A stretch of DNA of 64,000 bases from Granulicella sp. (lineage in GTDB: Bacteria; Acidobacteriota; Terriglobia; Terriglobales; Acidobacteriaceae): positions 32,001-96,000 of the forward strand of contig DAHWNL010000014.1 of NCBI GenBank assembly GCA_027339965.1, read 5' to 3'. The notes under the pieces were generated by a model, which ran no database searches, was not told the DNA's origin, and worked only from the letters and a program-made list of their open reading frames with translations. Below, one piece after another: positions 19,154 through 29,749 of the stretch; the first letter of the stretch is position 1; each line of letters opens with the position of its first letter. The translations under genes and the position numbers were made by a program.

Positions 19154-19387
19154 CCGACAGTTTGCACCTTTGACCGCGGAATCAGCAGATACGGACGCTC
19201 CGCATCCCGCTTTCGACAGAGTTTTGGATGTAGCGAATCCATCACCCCAGCAGGTTTCCCCATGGAATTCCATCTTCCTCCATCGGGGTGCCCGGCTGCT
19301 CGCTTTTTTGAGATGCGGAAGTAGCGCTTTCCGCAACTTGCGGTTGCCCAAGAGCAGGGGTAAGGCAGACTATCTCCCCCTGCGCGC

Positions 19388-20461
19388 TCACCGCCGCGAG
19401 TCAGACTCCTCGCTTGGCTTCTGGGGGACAGGGAAGGGATTGCGCTCGTCAAACTGGAGCTGATGCCAATAAGGATAGGCCAGTGGAACGGCGCTGGCTG
19501 CATCCAGCCGCGCGATTTGTTCCGCGCTCAGGTTCCACCCGGTGGAGGCAAGGTTGGTGCGCAGTTGCTCTTCATGGCGTGCTCCGATGACCAACGTGCT
19601 CACCGTCGGGCGCTGCAGCAGCCAGTTCAGCGCCAGTTGGGGAGCGGTCTTGCCCGTCTCCCTTGCCAGTTCATCCAACGCGTCCACCACCCTGTACACC
19701 AGCTCCCAACTTGGCTGGGGGCCGGCATCCAGCACCATCTTGCTCTGTAGCCGCGAGTCGGCGGGCAGCTTTTGCCCGCGCCGGATCTTGCCCGTCAGGC
19801 GTCCCCACCCTAGCGGGCTCCAGACCAGCGCGCCCACCCCCTGGTCCTGCGCCAAAGGCATCAGCTCCCATTCGTAATCGCGGCCCACCAGCGAGTAGTA
19901 CACCTGGTGACCAACGTAGCGAGTCCACCCATAGCGCTCAGAGGCAGAGAGCGACTTCATCAGGTGCCAGCCGGAGAAGTTGGAGCAGGCGATGTAGCGC
20001 ACTTTGCCGTCCCGCACCATCTTGTCCAGCGTGCTCAACGTCTCCTCCACTGGCGTCGTGGCGTCGAACGCGTGCATGTGATAGACGTCGATGTACTCCG
20101 TTCTCAGCCGCTTGAGTGACCCTTCGAGAGCCTCGATCAGGTGATACCGCGAGCTGCCTACGCCATTGGGGCCGATGTTGCCGCCGCGGAAGGTCGCCTT
20201 GGTCGAGATCAGCACATCTTCGCGCCGCAGGTGCGCGATCGCCCGGCCTAGAACCGTCTCGCTTTGGCCGTTGGAGTAAATGTCGGCCGTATCGAAGAAG
20301 TTACAACCGGCCTCCATGCAAACGTCAATCAGGTGAGCAGCTTCCTTATCCTGAACGTGGCCCCAGGACTTGAAAAACTCGTCGTCCCAGCCAAAAGTTC
20401 CCGTGCCAAAGCAGAGCTCCGGAACCTTCAGGCCGGAGCGGCCAAGTGAGCGATAGTTCAT
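19388..20461 (-). CDS. Aldo/keto reductase
   Basis: YRSLGRSGLKV, FFDTADIYSNGQSE, ISTK, SLKRLRTEYIDVY, GKVRYIACSN, WSPLGWG. Confidence 0.93.
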   Translation of the reverse strand: MNYRSLGRSGLKVPELCFGTGTFGWDDEFFKSWGHVQDKEAAHLIDVCMEAGCNFFDTADIYSNGQSETVLGRAIAHLRREDVLISTKATFRGGNIGPNGVGSSRYHLIEALEGSLKRLRTEYIDVYHMHAFDATTPVEETLSTLDKMVRDGKVRYIACSNFSGWHLMKSLSASERYGWTRYVGHQVYYSLVGRDYEWELMPLAQDQGVGALVWSPLGWGRLTGKIRRGQKLPADSRLQSKMVLDAGPQPSWELVYRVVDALDELARETGKTAPQLALNWLLQRPTVSTLVIGARHEEQLRTNLASTGWNLSAEQIARLDAASAVPLAYPYWHQLQFDERNPFPVPQKPSEESDSRR

Positions 20462-20688
20462 GTGCAACTCCTAAATACAGAAGTACAGAAGCAGAACCCC
20501 CCAAGCCGACGGCAAGCGTCGCGCCCATCGGATGCCGGAAATCTGAGGCCCGCAACTATTTGGATGCCGCCGACCGGATTTGCGATGTGACCTTTGCGCC
20601 TGTAGCCGGAGACCACCGGCCCGATGCTCAGGAGGAGCAACTGCCGCCAGAGCTCCCCTCCGGCCCGCCCCTCGCCGGTCACCCTGGC

Positions 20689-21384
20689 CTACTCTGTTCC
20701 CCTGGCCTTCGGAATGTGCGTCCGGGCAGCGGCGTCCAGCGCGGCCTGGGTGCGGAAAAACAGATGCTGTGGGTTGGATCCGGGGTAGAAGTGGACCTCG
20801 ATCTCGCGGTGGGTCACGGAGCCGTTGATCCCGTCGTGGAAGGGATAGCCCAGATCCTGCAGCAGGTGTAGAGAGCCCTCGTTGCCGGAGGGGTTGCCGT
20901 CGTCGCCGACGATGGCAAAGACGGTCCGGTGCGTGCGCAAGCTGGTTACCGTCACAAAATCCCCCAGGCGTGCTCCCAGCTTGCGCTCCTTCCTGCCCAG
21001 CACCACGTAGTTGATCTTCGCCGCATTCACGTAGCGGAGCGGGTTGCTCGGAGTGGTGATCGCCGGATCCGTATAAGCGGTCTGTGAGATGTAGAGACCG
21101 GGATAAGGATCGTTCGGTCCTTGGACGATCGGAATGTTGGGATGGTCGTCGTCGGTCAGGTAGCCTACGATCTTGCCGAAAGGGAGGCCCCGGTAGCGTG
21201 CATCACGCAGCTTGTCCAGCGTGTGTGAGCCCGGGGGGCCATAGGCGTTGGGAGCGCCGTCCACATCCACGTCCATCCGCCGCAGCAGAATCGTGAAATC
21301 CGGCGCAGGTTTTGCCGCCTCCTGCGCGCCGCCAGCGGTGGCCCATACGGTAGCCAAGAGGGTGGCTGCCCAGGCGGCCGGCAT
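20689..21384 (-). CDS. Secreted glycoside hydrolase family 75 (chitosanase-like) protein
   Basis: Signal peptide, MDVDVDGAPNAY, YVNAAKINYVVL, LGDFVTV, AIVGDDG...NEGSLHL (putative catalytic Asp and Glu). Start uncertain. Confidence 0.65.
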   Translation of the reverse strand: MPAAWAATLLATVWATAGGAQEAAKPAPDFTILLRRMDVDVDGAPNAYGPPGSHTLDKLRDARYRGLPFGKIVGYLTDDDHPNIPIVQGPNDPYPGLYISQTAYTDPAITTPSNPLRYVNAAKINYVVLGRKERKLGARLGDFVTVTSLRTHRTVFAIVGDDGNPSGNEGSLHLLQDLGYPFHDGINGSVTHREIEVHFYPGSNPQHLFFRTQAALDAAARTHIPKARGTE

Positions 21385-21958
21385 CAGAGTGCGAAGTGGA
21401 TTCGTCAATGCAGTGGCTCTCCACATCCAGGGGGTTGAGCATCCCAGCCGCTTCTCCCTCGTCGCAACCGGCTCGTCGCCCTTGGTTCTTCGAAACCAGT
21501 TCTTCAAGGTCGGGCCATCTTCACTGAGATCAGAATACCCGTTCTCACTCTATCCCGCCCTGCAACCCTCACGGCGACGCGGAAGGATTCGCTGGGGGAT
21601 GGCCGGAAATCGAGAGAGGATGTTCCCGTTACGACGCTCGGATCCGGACGCCCAAGGCGGAGGAGCACGGCAACTCCGGAGCAGGCTTGCTGTAGCGTGC
21701 TCCTTCCACCCCGGCAGTTGCGGAAGATGGCCATCCGCGCCGCATCAACTCTTCGCCGTCCCCAGAGGGAAGCGGGCGAAGGGGATGACGGGTTCGGGTG
21801 CAACCCGTTCTGCTCCTCCATTGTGCCCGGATTCCGGCGTGCCCGGATTCCGGGGGAAGATGCACGGCTCCGTTGCTTTCATTCCGTATCGCCCGAAGCA
21901 AGGCGTCGAAGGATGCCTTCCTTGAGACTTCGCAGAGAAGATCCCTCCGCCGGAGAGT

Positions 21959-23554
21959 TCAGTTATAACTATCCGTCGGCCAAAGTCTCACGGGTCTGCC
22001 GGTTGTGTCCTTGTATTTTTCACGTAACGCTTTGAGTTGGGCGACGAGATCCTGCACGATCTCCTCGTAACCGGGATGAACTTTGTAGCCAGACCACTCG
22101 AAGAGACTTTCCATCTCATCCGGATCTTTTTGCAGGTCAAATAGCTCCCACTCGTTCACCGTGTAATAGCTGATCAGCTTGTAGCGGTCGGTTCGCACTC
22201 CATAGTGGGGCAGCACCCAGTGTTCCGAATCATAAAATTCGTAGTAGTGATAGTAGAAGGATTTCTGCCAATCCTGGGGAGTGTTTCCCTCAAGCACCGG
22301 CTTCAGGCTCTTGCCTTGCATCTGCTCGGGGATTGGCAAGCCGGCCAGGTCCAGCGCCGTGGGCGCATTGTCGATGCTGACTACCCAGTCTTTGCTTACG
22401 GTTCCCGGCTTCACATGGCCGGGATATCGAATCATCCAAGGGACGCGAATCGCCTGTTCATACATGAAGCGCTTGTCAAACCATCCGTGATCGCCGAGAA
22501 AGAACCCGTGATCGGTTGTATAGACAACAATGGTGTTGTCGGCGAGTCCGGATTTGTCCAAATAGTCCAGCAGACGGCCCATATTGTCATCCTGGGCGCG
22601 AAGGGTCCCGAGGAAATGCTCCATGAATTTCTGGTAGTTCCACTGCTTCCGTTGCCGCTCTGTTAAATCCTGTGGAGGGTTGAAGTCCGGCATGTCGGCG
22701 ATCCGCATCCGCGCCTCTTTGGCGGGCGCGGCGCGCATGGAGTAGTCATCGTAGAAGGTGCCTGGTTCTTGAATCCGGACGTCGTCGTAAATGTGCTCAT
22801 ATTGGTGCGGCGGTTGAAAAGGGCGATGATCGTTGAAGAACTGCATCATCATGAAGAACGGCTTTTTGAATTGCTGCATCCCTTCAATGGCGAAATTGGT
22901 CATATTGTCGGTGATGTACCCGGGATAGTTTTCTTTGTGGATCTCTTTGCTCCCCAGACTTGTATTTCGCAGATAGCCCCTCGGGCTGTAATAAGGCCCG
23001 CCCGCTCCGTTCTTGAATACGAAATAGTCGAACCCTACGTCTCCCGGATTGACCGCCAGGTGCCACTTCCCAACGATCCCGGTCTGATAACCATTGCGTT
23101 GAAAGATTTTGGATATGGTTTCCTGAGATGGATCAAAGCAAGGCCGGCCGTCGGGCAGAGTGCCTTCATTCGTCAACTGACCGTTCACATGGTTATACGT
23201 TCCGGTGAGAAGGGTGGCGCGGCTGGGGGCGCACAGCGCATTGGTGCAAAAGCTGTTTTCAAAGCGCATCCCTTCCTTGGCGATGCGGTCGATATTCGGT
23301 GTTTCCATCAGCTTGCTCCCGTAGCAACTCAGGGCATGGATAGGAACGCCTTCTCCCGTAATCCACAGGATGTTCGGCTTGCCCGAGGGATGACTGTCCA
23401 CCACGCTTTTCAAGATATGTGCCGGACCCGGTGTGAGATCTTCGCTGCCGGTTTGAGCTGACAAGAGCGCGGGCGACAGTGCGGAACCCAAAGCCGCACC
23501 GCCTAAACTAGCCAGAGCCTGTCTGCGAGTGATCGAATCTTTTCGCTTTGCCAT
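21959..23554 (-). CDS. Tat-exported sulfatase
   Basis: Tat motif TRRQAL, KPNIL, formylglycine motif CAPSRATLLTG, VGKWHL, TTDHGFFLGDHG.FDKR. Confidence 0.92.
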   Translation of the reverse strand: MAKRKDSITRRQALASLGGAALGSALSPALLSAQTGSEDLTPGPAHILKSVVDSHPSGKPNILWITGEGVPIHALSCYGSKLMETPNIDRIAKEGMRFENSFCTNALCAPSRATLLTGTYNHVNGQLTNEGTLPDGRPCFDPSQETISKIFQRNGYQTGIVGKWHLAVNPGDVGFDYFVFKNGAGGPYYSPRGYLRNTSLGSKEIHKENYPGYITDNMTNFAIEGMQQFKKPFFMMMQFFNDHRPFQPPHQYEHIYDDVRIQEPGTFYDDYSMRAAPAKEARMRIADMPDFNPPQDLTERQRKQWNYQKFMEHFLGTLRAQDDNMGRLLDYLDKSGLADNTIVVYTTDHGFFLGDHGWFDKRFMYEQAIRVPWMIRYPGHVKPGTVSKDWVVSIDNAPTALDLAGLPIPEQMQGKSLKPVLEGNTPQDWQKSFYYHYYEFYDSEHWVLPHYGVRTDRYKLISYYTVNEWELFDLQKDPDEMESLFEWSGYKVHPGYEEIVQDLVAQLKALREKYKDTTGRPVRLWPTDSYN

Positions 23555-23880
23555 AAATCAACACCCCATTTCTTTGCAGCATCAGAGAGTCTTTGTGAGA
23601 GCTTCGGAGCATCTACCGCCCGCAGTTGAAGGTGCGGCGCGGCGGTTAGGTTGATGGTACTACGCGATGACTTCTTGGCGGCTGCGGTGGGATTTAGGAT
23701 GACGTCCCGCGCCCATGCTTCCGCGGCCCCCTGGATGCACTTGAAGCGATGCTCGATTCTGAGCGAGCCCTCGGCCGGCCGGTTGCGTCCCGAGGAGCCG
23801 TGCCGCGTTGGATCCGGTGTTCCCGGAAGAGGTCCATGCGATATTCTTCAAGCACTTGAAGCAAGGAAAGGCATCGAGGC

Positions 23881-25593
23881 ATGAAACCTACCGGCTTCGC
23901 TCTCTTCATCTTATGGGGCCTGTTCGCCCCGAGTGGCTCCGCGTGTGGCTCCGCCTTACAGAGCGGAAAAGCCGCAACCTCGATTGCGCCGGTCAGAGCG
24001 GATGCTGCGTCTCGCGCCGGGATGAGCCCCGGTGAGGTCCGCGCTACGCGCGCGCTGGAGCGGGCCAAAGCGATGGGGCCGGGAGAGCTCTACGCCATGC
24101 TCAAAGGTTTTCCCAAGGGCGCTGACCTGCACATGCATCTCTCGGGCGCAGTCTACGCGGAGACCCTGATCGCTGAGGCGGCTCGCCAGGGCCTCTGTGT
24201 CGCCTCCCTGGGCCGCGCCAGTCCGGCGACGCCCCAAGGCCGAGATGCGGTCCGCCTGGTGGCTCCAGATCCGGCTCAGCGCACGGTTTGCGCCTCGGGT
24301 GAGGTCGCGGCGAGTTCTGTCCTGCAGGATCAGCCGCTGTATGACGATCTGCTAGACAGCCTCTCGATGCGTTCCTTCGTGCCCAGTCAGGGAGTGAGTG
24401 GTCATGATCAGTTCTTCTCGACCTTTGCCCGTTTCGGCGTGCTGAAGGGCGATGCCGGCGAGTGGCTGGACGAGGTGGTAACTCGCGCCGCGGCGCAGAA
24501 CGAGCAGTACCTGGAGATCATGCATACTCCTCAGTTCTCCCGCGCCGCTTCGCTGGGCTACAAGCTCGGTTGGCCTGCCGATGCGGGCCGTGACGTCAGC
24601 TTTGCCGAACTGGCGCAATTGCGCCGGCGGCTTCTCTCCGCGGGGCTCGATGACGAGGTAGCCGTGGACAGAGCGGAGTTCGCTGCCGCCGAACAGCGGC
24701 GCAACGCTCTGGAGCACTGTGCGAGCGGCGGGCAGGCTTCGGGCGCAGGTCCGGCTTCTGCGGCTTGCGCGGTGAAGGTTCACTGGCTCTATCAGGTGCT
24801 GCGCGGTTATCCTCCGCAGCAGGTCTTTGCGCAGACGCTGCTGGGCTTTGAGGTGGTCTCGGCGGCCCGCAGAGCCGATCCTGGCTCGCCCGATGTGGTG
24901 GGTATCAACTTTGTCATGCCCGAGGATGGATATCTCTCGATGCGCGATTACCACCTCCAGATGGAGATGCTGGACTATCTGCACCGCGTGTATCCTGAGG
25001 TGCCGGTGACGCTGCATGCCGGTGAGCTGGCCCCGGGGATGGTTCCTCCCGCGGGCCTCAGCTTCCATATCCGCGAGGCCATCGACCTGGGCCACGCCAG
25101 ACGCATCGGACACGGCGTGGATGTTCTCTATGAAGACCGTCCCCAGGCTCTGCTGAAGGAGATGGCCGCCCGGCACATCATGGTGGAGATTAACCTGACC
25201 TCGAATGCGGTGATCTTGGGGATCCAGGGCCGGGCGCATCCGCTGCGGGCCTACCAGGCCGCGCATGTTCCCTGGGCGCTCTCCACCGATGATGAAGGCG
25301 TCTCTCGCATCAACCTCACCCATGAGTATGTGCGCGGGGTGGAGGAGCAGGGGCTGACCTACCTGGACTTGAAGCGCTCGGCTCGAACTTCGCTGGAGCA
25401 CTCATTTCTGCATGGCCCAAGCCTGTGGGCTCACCCGGACGACTTCAGCGGACGGCAAGCGCCCTGCGCGGCTCCCATCACCCCGGCCAGCCGGCCGTCC
25501 CCAGCCTGTGGAGCCTTGCTCAACCGCAGCGAAAAGGCGGCGGCGCAATGGGAGCTGGAGCGGCGGCTGGCCGCCTTTGAGGCGGCACAGTAG
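23881..25593 (+). CDS. Adenosine deaminase family protein with N-terminal signal peptide
   Basis: PKGADLHMHLSG, LHAGEL, RRIGHG, EINLTSN, LSTDDEG metal/catalytic motifs. Confidence 0.88.
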   Translation: MKPTGFALFILWGLFAPSGSACGSALQSGKAATSIAPVRADAASRAGMSPGEVRATRALERAKAMGPGELYAMLKGFPKGADLHMHLSGAVYAETLIAEAARQGLCVASLGRASPATPQGRDAVRLVAPDPAQRTVCASGEVAASSVLQDQPLYDDLLDSLSMRSFVPSQGVSGHDQFFSTFARFGVLKGDAGEWLDEVVTRAAAQNEQYLEIMHTPQFSRAASLGYKLGWPADAGRDVSFAELAQLRRRLLSAGLDDEVAVDRAEFAAAEQRRNALEHCASGGQASGAGPASAACAVKVHWLYQVLRGYPPQQVFAQTLLGFEVVSAARRADPGSPDVVGINFVMPEDGYLSMRDYHLQMEMLDYLHRVYPEVPVTLHAGELAPGMVPPAGLSFHIREAIDLGHARRIGHGVDVLYEDRPQALLKEMAARHIMVEINLTSNAVILGIQGRAHPLRAYQAAHVPWALSTDDEGVSRINLTHEYVRGVEEQGLTYLDLKRSARTSLEHSFLHGPSLWAHPDDFSGRQAPCAAPITPASRPSPACGALLNRSEKAAAQWELERRLAAFEAAQ

Positions 25594-25688
25594 CTCGGTC
25601 GGGCTATTTCGGGGCCATACTGGATTCTCCGAGCTGGCCTTTTCGCAGCCTGCCCGGATGGAGAGTAAAGTAAAGAAAGGAAAGCCCG

Positions 25689-25985
25689 ATGAAGCGTCTT
25701 CTCTCGATCATTCTTCAGTTCATTCTGTACCTGCTGGCCTTTGCCGCCGGGTCAGTCTTGCTTCCCGCCCTTCACCTTCTGCCCGCGCTCAGCTTCCGCA
25801 TCGGCCCCGGCCGAGTCTTCGTCTATGACGGCATCCTGCTGATGCTGGCTTTTTATGCGCTAATTCTACTGATTGCCACCGCGCGCAAGAGAATTCCTGC
25901 CGCGCTGGCGAACGCCACGCTGGCCTGGGTGCTGGCATTCGCCGTGGGTCTGTTCTATCTCAAGTTCGGCTTCAAAAGTGTCTGA
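25689..25985 (+). CDS. Small hypothetical membrane protein (3 TM)
   Basis: AAAGGAAAG RBS, three hydrophobic segments, basic C-terminus KFGFKSV. Confidence 0.65.
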   Translation: MKRLLSIILQFILYLLAFAAGSVLLPALHLLPALSFRIGPGRVFVYDGILLMLAFYALILLIATARKRIPAALANATLAWVLAFAVGLFYLKFGFKSV

Positions 25986-26339
25986 CCAGAGTCTGCTCAA
26001 GACGAACATTCAAGGCGATGTAGAGTCCAGCGCCGTGGCGTTGCGACCGGTGATCTGCCCGGCTTGCAACGGAAACCCCCGGGCCTGGCGTCAAAATGGT
26101 TCATATTTACGCATGACGCAATCGATTCATCGGTCGATTTTCTGATTTAAATCTTGATAGACTGACGACTGGAGAAGTGGCTGTTGGCGGCGTTGAAAAC
26201 CAAGCCCTGATCAGGGCTGAATCTCTGCCGATACATCTTCCGATTGCGAACGCAGCGCCCGGTCAGATTCGGCTATCCCGCCGGCGAAGAACGCCCAAGC
26301 GAGGTAGTGAGCCTGAACCAGAAGAGGATCACGTTTTTC

Positions 26340-28133
26340 ATGAATCTTCAGTCACCTGCATCGACTGGTATCTCATCCGCACCTTTCGATATCTCCGATC
26401 GCACCATCGCGTACTTTTCGATGGAGATCGCCCTGTCCAAGACGCTGCCGACGTACTCTGGCGGTCTGGGCATGCTGGCGGGCGACACTCTGCGCTCTGC
26501 GGCGGACATGGGCCTGTCCATGGTCGCGATCTCGCTGCTGCACCGGCGCGGATACTTTGAGCAGCACCTGGATGGCTCCGGCCAGCAGACGGAGAGCGAC
26601 GTAAAGTGGTCACCGGAGACCACTTTGCCGGATGCGGGGCAGACGGTGACCCTGTCCATGCAGGGCCGGGAGATCACGCTCCGCGCCTGGCGGTTTGACG
26701 TGGTTGGCGTCACCGGCCACATCGTTCCGGTATTTCTTCTGGACAGCGATATCGAGGGCAACGATCCGTGGGATCGCCGGCTGACGGATCATCTGTACGG
26801 CGGTGACACGTATTACCGTCTCTGTCAGGAAGCGGTGCTGGGGCTGGGTGGAATCCATTTGCTGCATGCTCTGGGTTGCCAGCCTGAGGTGTGTCATATG
26901 AACGAAGGCCACGCCGCTCTGCTGGCGATTGGGCTGCTGGAGGAGCGGGTGGCTCCGGCTCCCCTGAGCAGCGCCACTGAAGCGGATGCGGAGGCGGTGA
27001 AGCAGCAGTGTGTCTTTACCACGCACACCCCGGTTCCGGCCGGGCACGACAAGTTTGGACTGGACCAGATGATGCAGGTGTTAGGGGCTGACCGCTCCGC
27101 GGCGATTGAGCGCTTCGGGGCGCTGCACAATGACCTGCTGAACATGACCTACATCGCCCTGCGCTTCTCGCGCTTTGTCAACGGCGTCTCCATGCTGCAT
27201 GGCAAGGTCTCGCAACAGATGTTCCCGGAGTACCCCGTGCATGCCATCACCAACGGAGTGCATGCCGCCACCTGGCTCTCCCAGCCGTTTCAGGCTCTAT
27301 TGGATAACCAGATTCCGGCGTGGCGCCAGGATCAGCATTACTTCCGTTCGGTGTACGGCATTGAGCCCGAGGTGATCGAGGCCACTCACCAGATCAGCAA
27401 GCGGCGCCTGTTGGATACTGTAAGGCAGCGCACCGGAATGGTGCTGGACCCGAACGTGCTTACCCTGGGTTTTGCCCGCCGTGTGGCAACTTATAAGCGC
27501 GCCAGTCTCGTGCTGCACTCGCCTGAGCGCCTTATGAAGATCGCTGGCCGGATTGGCGGACTGCAGATCCTGATGGCGGGCAAGTCGCACCCGGCCGATA
27601 ATGCGGGTAAGAGCCTGATTCGCGATATCTTCGCCGTGGCCTCCAGACTCAAGCAAAGCATGCTGCGCATCGTCTATCTGGAGAACTACGACTGGGAGCT
27701 GGGAGAGCAACTCACCAATGGCGTGGATGTGTGGCTTAATACGCCGCTTCGCCCCTATGAGGCCTCCGGCACCAGCGGCATGAAGGCCGCTCTGAACGGC
27801 GTTCCCAGCCTGAGCGTGCTGGACGGCTGGTGGATTGAGGGTTGCGCGGAGAACATCACCGGCTGGGCCATTGAGAACTGTGAGGACGAGGCCATCGAAG
27901 CCGAACGCGTCTATGAGAAGCTGGAGCATTGCGTTGCGCCGATGTATGCCGACAAGCCCCGCTGGGCGCGTCTGCGCCGCCATTGCTTGGCCATCAACGG
28001 CTCCTTCTTCAACACGCATCGGATGCTGAGCCAGTATGTCTCCAGCGCTTACTTCCCCTCGTCGGGTGCCGATGCTGTCTCTGACGAAGGTGTCGATGAC
28101 CCGAGGGAGCAGACCAGCCTGGCCGAGGCTTAA
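26340..28133 (+). CDS. glgP: Alpha-glucan (glycogen) phosphorylase
   Basis: AYFSMEI, YSGGLGMLAGD, HMNEGH, FTTHTPVPAGHD, GFARRVATYKR, PLP site EASGTSGMK, SVLDGWW. Confidence 0.93.
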   Translation: MNLQSPASTGISSAPFDISDRTIAYFSMEIALSKTLPTYSGGLGMLAGDTLRSAADMGLSMVAISLLHRRGYFEQHLDGSGQQTESDVKWSPETTLPDAGQTVTLSMQGREITLRAWRFDVVGVTGHIVPVFLLDSDIEGNDPWDRRLTDHLYGGDTYYRLCQEAVLGLGGIHLLHALGCQPEVCHMNEGHAALLAIGLLEERVAPAPLSSATEADAEAVKQQCVFTTHTPVPAGHDKFGLDQMMQVLGADRSAAIERFGALHNDLLNMTYIALRFSRFVNGVSMLHGKVSQQMFPEYPVHAITNGVHAATWLSQPFQALLDNQIPAWRQDQHYFRSVYGIEPEVIEATHQISKRRLLDTVRQRTGMVLDPNVLTLGFARRVATYKRASLVLHSPERLMKIAGRIGGLQILMAGKSHPADNAGKSLIRDIFAVASRLKQSMLRIVYLENYDWELGEQLTNGVDVWLNTPLRPYEASGTSGMKAALNGVPSLSVLDGWWIEGCAENITGWAIENCEDEAIEAERVYEKLEHCVAPMYADKPRWARLRRHCLAINGSFFNTHRMLSQYVSSAYFPSSGADAVSDEGVDDPREQTSLAEA

Positions 28134-28242
28134 CCCGTAACTGTCCGGAGCTTGGCCGTGGTGCGGGCCTGACTCTTTTGACGGAACGTTTTGCGCGCCG
28201 CGCATCTTCAATCTCCGCGCTGCGCCTTCTGGAGGTTCTCTC

Positions 28243-28707
28243 ATGCAAGTTGGCGATATCGTCGAAGACTTCTGCCTGCCCGACCAGGACGGCAATTCGG
28301 TCCGCCTGTCCGACTTTGCCGGCAAGAAGGTGGTGCTGTTCTTCTATCCTCGGGCAGACACGCCGGGATGCACGGTGGAGGCCTGCGGCTTTCAGTCTGA
28401 GCTGGCTCGTTTCAAGCAGTTGCAAGGTGCCGGCGTGGTGGTGCTGGGCATCTCTCGCGACACGGTGAAGGCGCAGAAGAAGTTTGCCGAAAAGTTCGGT
28501 CTCCGGTACCCCTTGTTGGCAGACGCGGATCAGACCATCTGCAATCGGTTCGGGGTCATCAAAGAGAAGAAGATGTATGGCAAGAAGGTGACCGGCATCG
28601 AGCGGAGCACCTTTGTGATCGGTCCGGACCGCCGGCTGGATCACATCTTCGCCAAGGTGAAACCGGAAGGTCACGCCGAAGAGGTTCTTGCACTGCTGAA
28701 GAAGTAG
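28243..28707 (+). CDS. bcp: Peroxiredoxin (BCP)
   Basis: VLFFYPRADTPGCTVEACGF, GISRD, ERSTFVIG. Confidence 0.93.
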   Translation: MQVGDIVEDFCLPDQDGNSVRLSDFAGKKVVLFFYPRADTPGCTVEACGFQSELARFKQLQGAGVVVLGISRDTVKAQKKFAEKFGLRYPLLADADQTICNRFGVIKEKKMYGKKVTGIERSTFVIGPDRRLDHIFAKVKPEGHAEEVLALLKK

Positions 28708-28709
28708 CC

Positions 28710-29462
28710 ATGTCCAACCTGATGATTCCGGCTATGGCGGGTGAGATCCCGCTGGCGGCCGCCGCCGCGGCTGTGGCAGCCTCGGCGGGACTTACCCTGA
28801 CCTACGCCGCGCTCAGCCCCACCTCGCAGATCTTCGGACGCACCATACTGGCCGGAGGCGATCCCAATGAGGCCGCGCTGACCTTCGATGATGGCCCCAA
28901 CGATGTAGCCACGGACGCGCTCCTGGAGGTTCTGGCGCGTTACAACGCCCGCGCCACTTTTTTTATGATCGGCCGATTTGTCCGGGAGCGGCCGGAGATC
29001 GTGCGCCGCGTCCACGCCGCCGGGCACCTTATCGGCAACCATACGCAGACGCACCCCTGGCTCAGCTTCCAGTCCTCCCGGGTGATCCGGCAGCAACTGC
29101 GCGAGTGCAATCACGCGCTGGAGGACACAATCGGCGCTCCTGTGCGTTACTTCCGCCCACCCCACGGTGCGCGCCGGCCGGTGGTCTTTCAGGCTGCCCG
29201 AGAGCTGGGATTGAAGCTGGTGCAGTGGAACGCCATGGGCTACGACTGGCGGCCGATCGCTTCCGAAACCATCGTGGCCCACATCGAGCGAGGTTTAACG
29301 CGGGCCCGGCGTCAACACAAGGGCGCCAATATTCTGCTGCATGATGGGCATCAGCAAGGAATCGGCGTCGACCGCCGTGCCAGCGTGCAAGCCGCTCAGG
29401 AGCTCCTGCGGAGGTTCCAACGCGAGGGTGTCCGCACGGTGACGGTCGATGCCTGGGGATAG
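28710..29462 (+). CDS. Polysaccharide deacetylase (CE4/NodB)
   Basis: LTFDDGP, ATFF, GNHTQTHP, FRPPHG, ILLHDG. Confidence 0.92.
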   Translation: MSNLMIPAMAGEIPLAAAAAAVAASAGLTLTYAALSPTSQIFGRTILAGGDPNEAALTFDDGPNDVATDALLEVLARYNARATFFMIGRFVRERPEIVRRVHAAGHLIGNHTQTHPWLSFQSSRVIRQQLRECNHALEDTIGAPVRYFRPPHGARRPVVFQAARELGLKLVQWNAMGYDWRPIASETIVAHIERGLTRARRQHKGANILLHDGHQQGIGVDRRASVQAAQELLRRFQREGVRTVTVDAWG

Positions 29463-29592
29463 GGGCGAACCGGGCCAACAGCATCCTGCCGACCAACAGC
29501 ATCCTGCCGACCCACGTCTCCAACGGCCAAAAAACGAGATCGGGATCGCTCACACTCGAAGAGGGTGACGGCACAGGTGGAAAGAGGAAGGC

Positions 29593-29669
29593 TGGTGCGC
29601 CCGAGAAGATTCGAACTTCTGACCTACAGCTTCGGAGGCTGCCGCTCTATCCAGCTGAGCTACGGGCGC
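29593..29669 (-). tRNA. tRNA-Arg (anticodon CCG)
   Basis: Reverse complement reads GCGCCCGTAGCTCAGCTGGATAGAGCGGCAGCCTCCGAAGCTGTAGGTCAGAAGTTCGAATCTTCTCGGGCGCACCA: 77 nt cloverleaf, GTTCGAAT T-loop, encoded CCA. Confidence 0.97.
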
Positions 29670-29749
29670 ACACCCTTAGCCTAGCAGAAAGCCGTCCAGA
29701 GCCGGTGGGTCGCGCTCCAAATCCTCGCTTCTGAGGTAGCATTGGGCCC

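Noticed and set aside
19154..19387. Fluoride or nhaA-type riboswitch upstream of the cation/H+ antiporter (GGTGATGGATTCGCT on the minus strand)
   Set aside because: Loop length and the downstream GCTGATGAC-type element do not fit the fluoride consensus, and no nhaA-I 3' motif was seen. An Infernal/Rfam scan would settle it.
29593..29669. tRNA-Arg as an integration site for an island
   Set aside because: No integrase nearby, and I noticed no duplicated tRNA 3' end elsewhere in the window.
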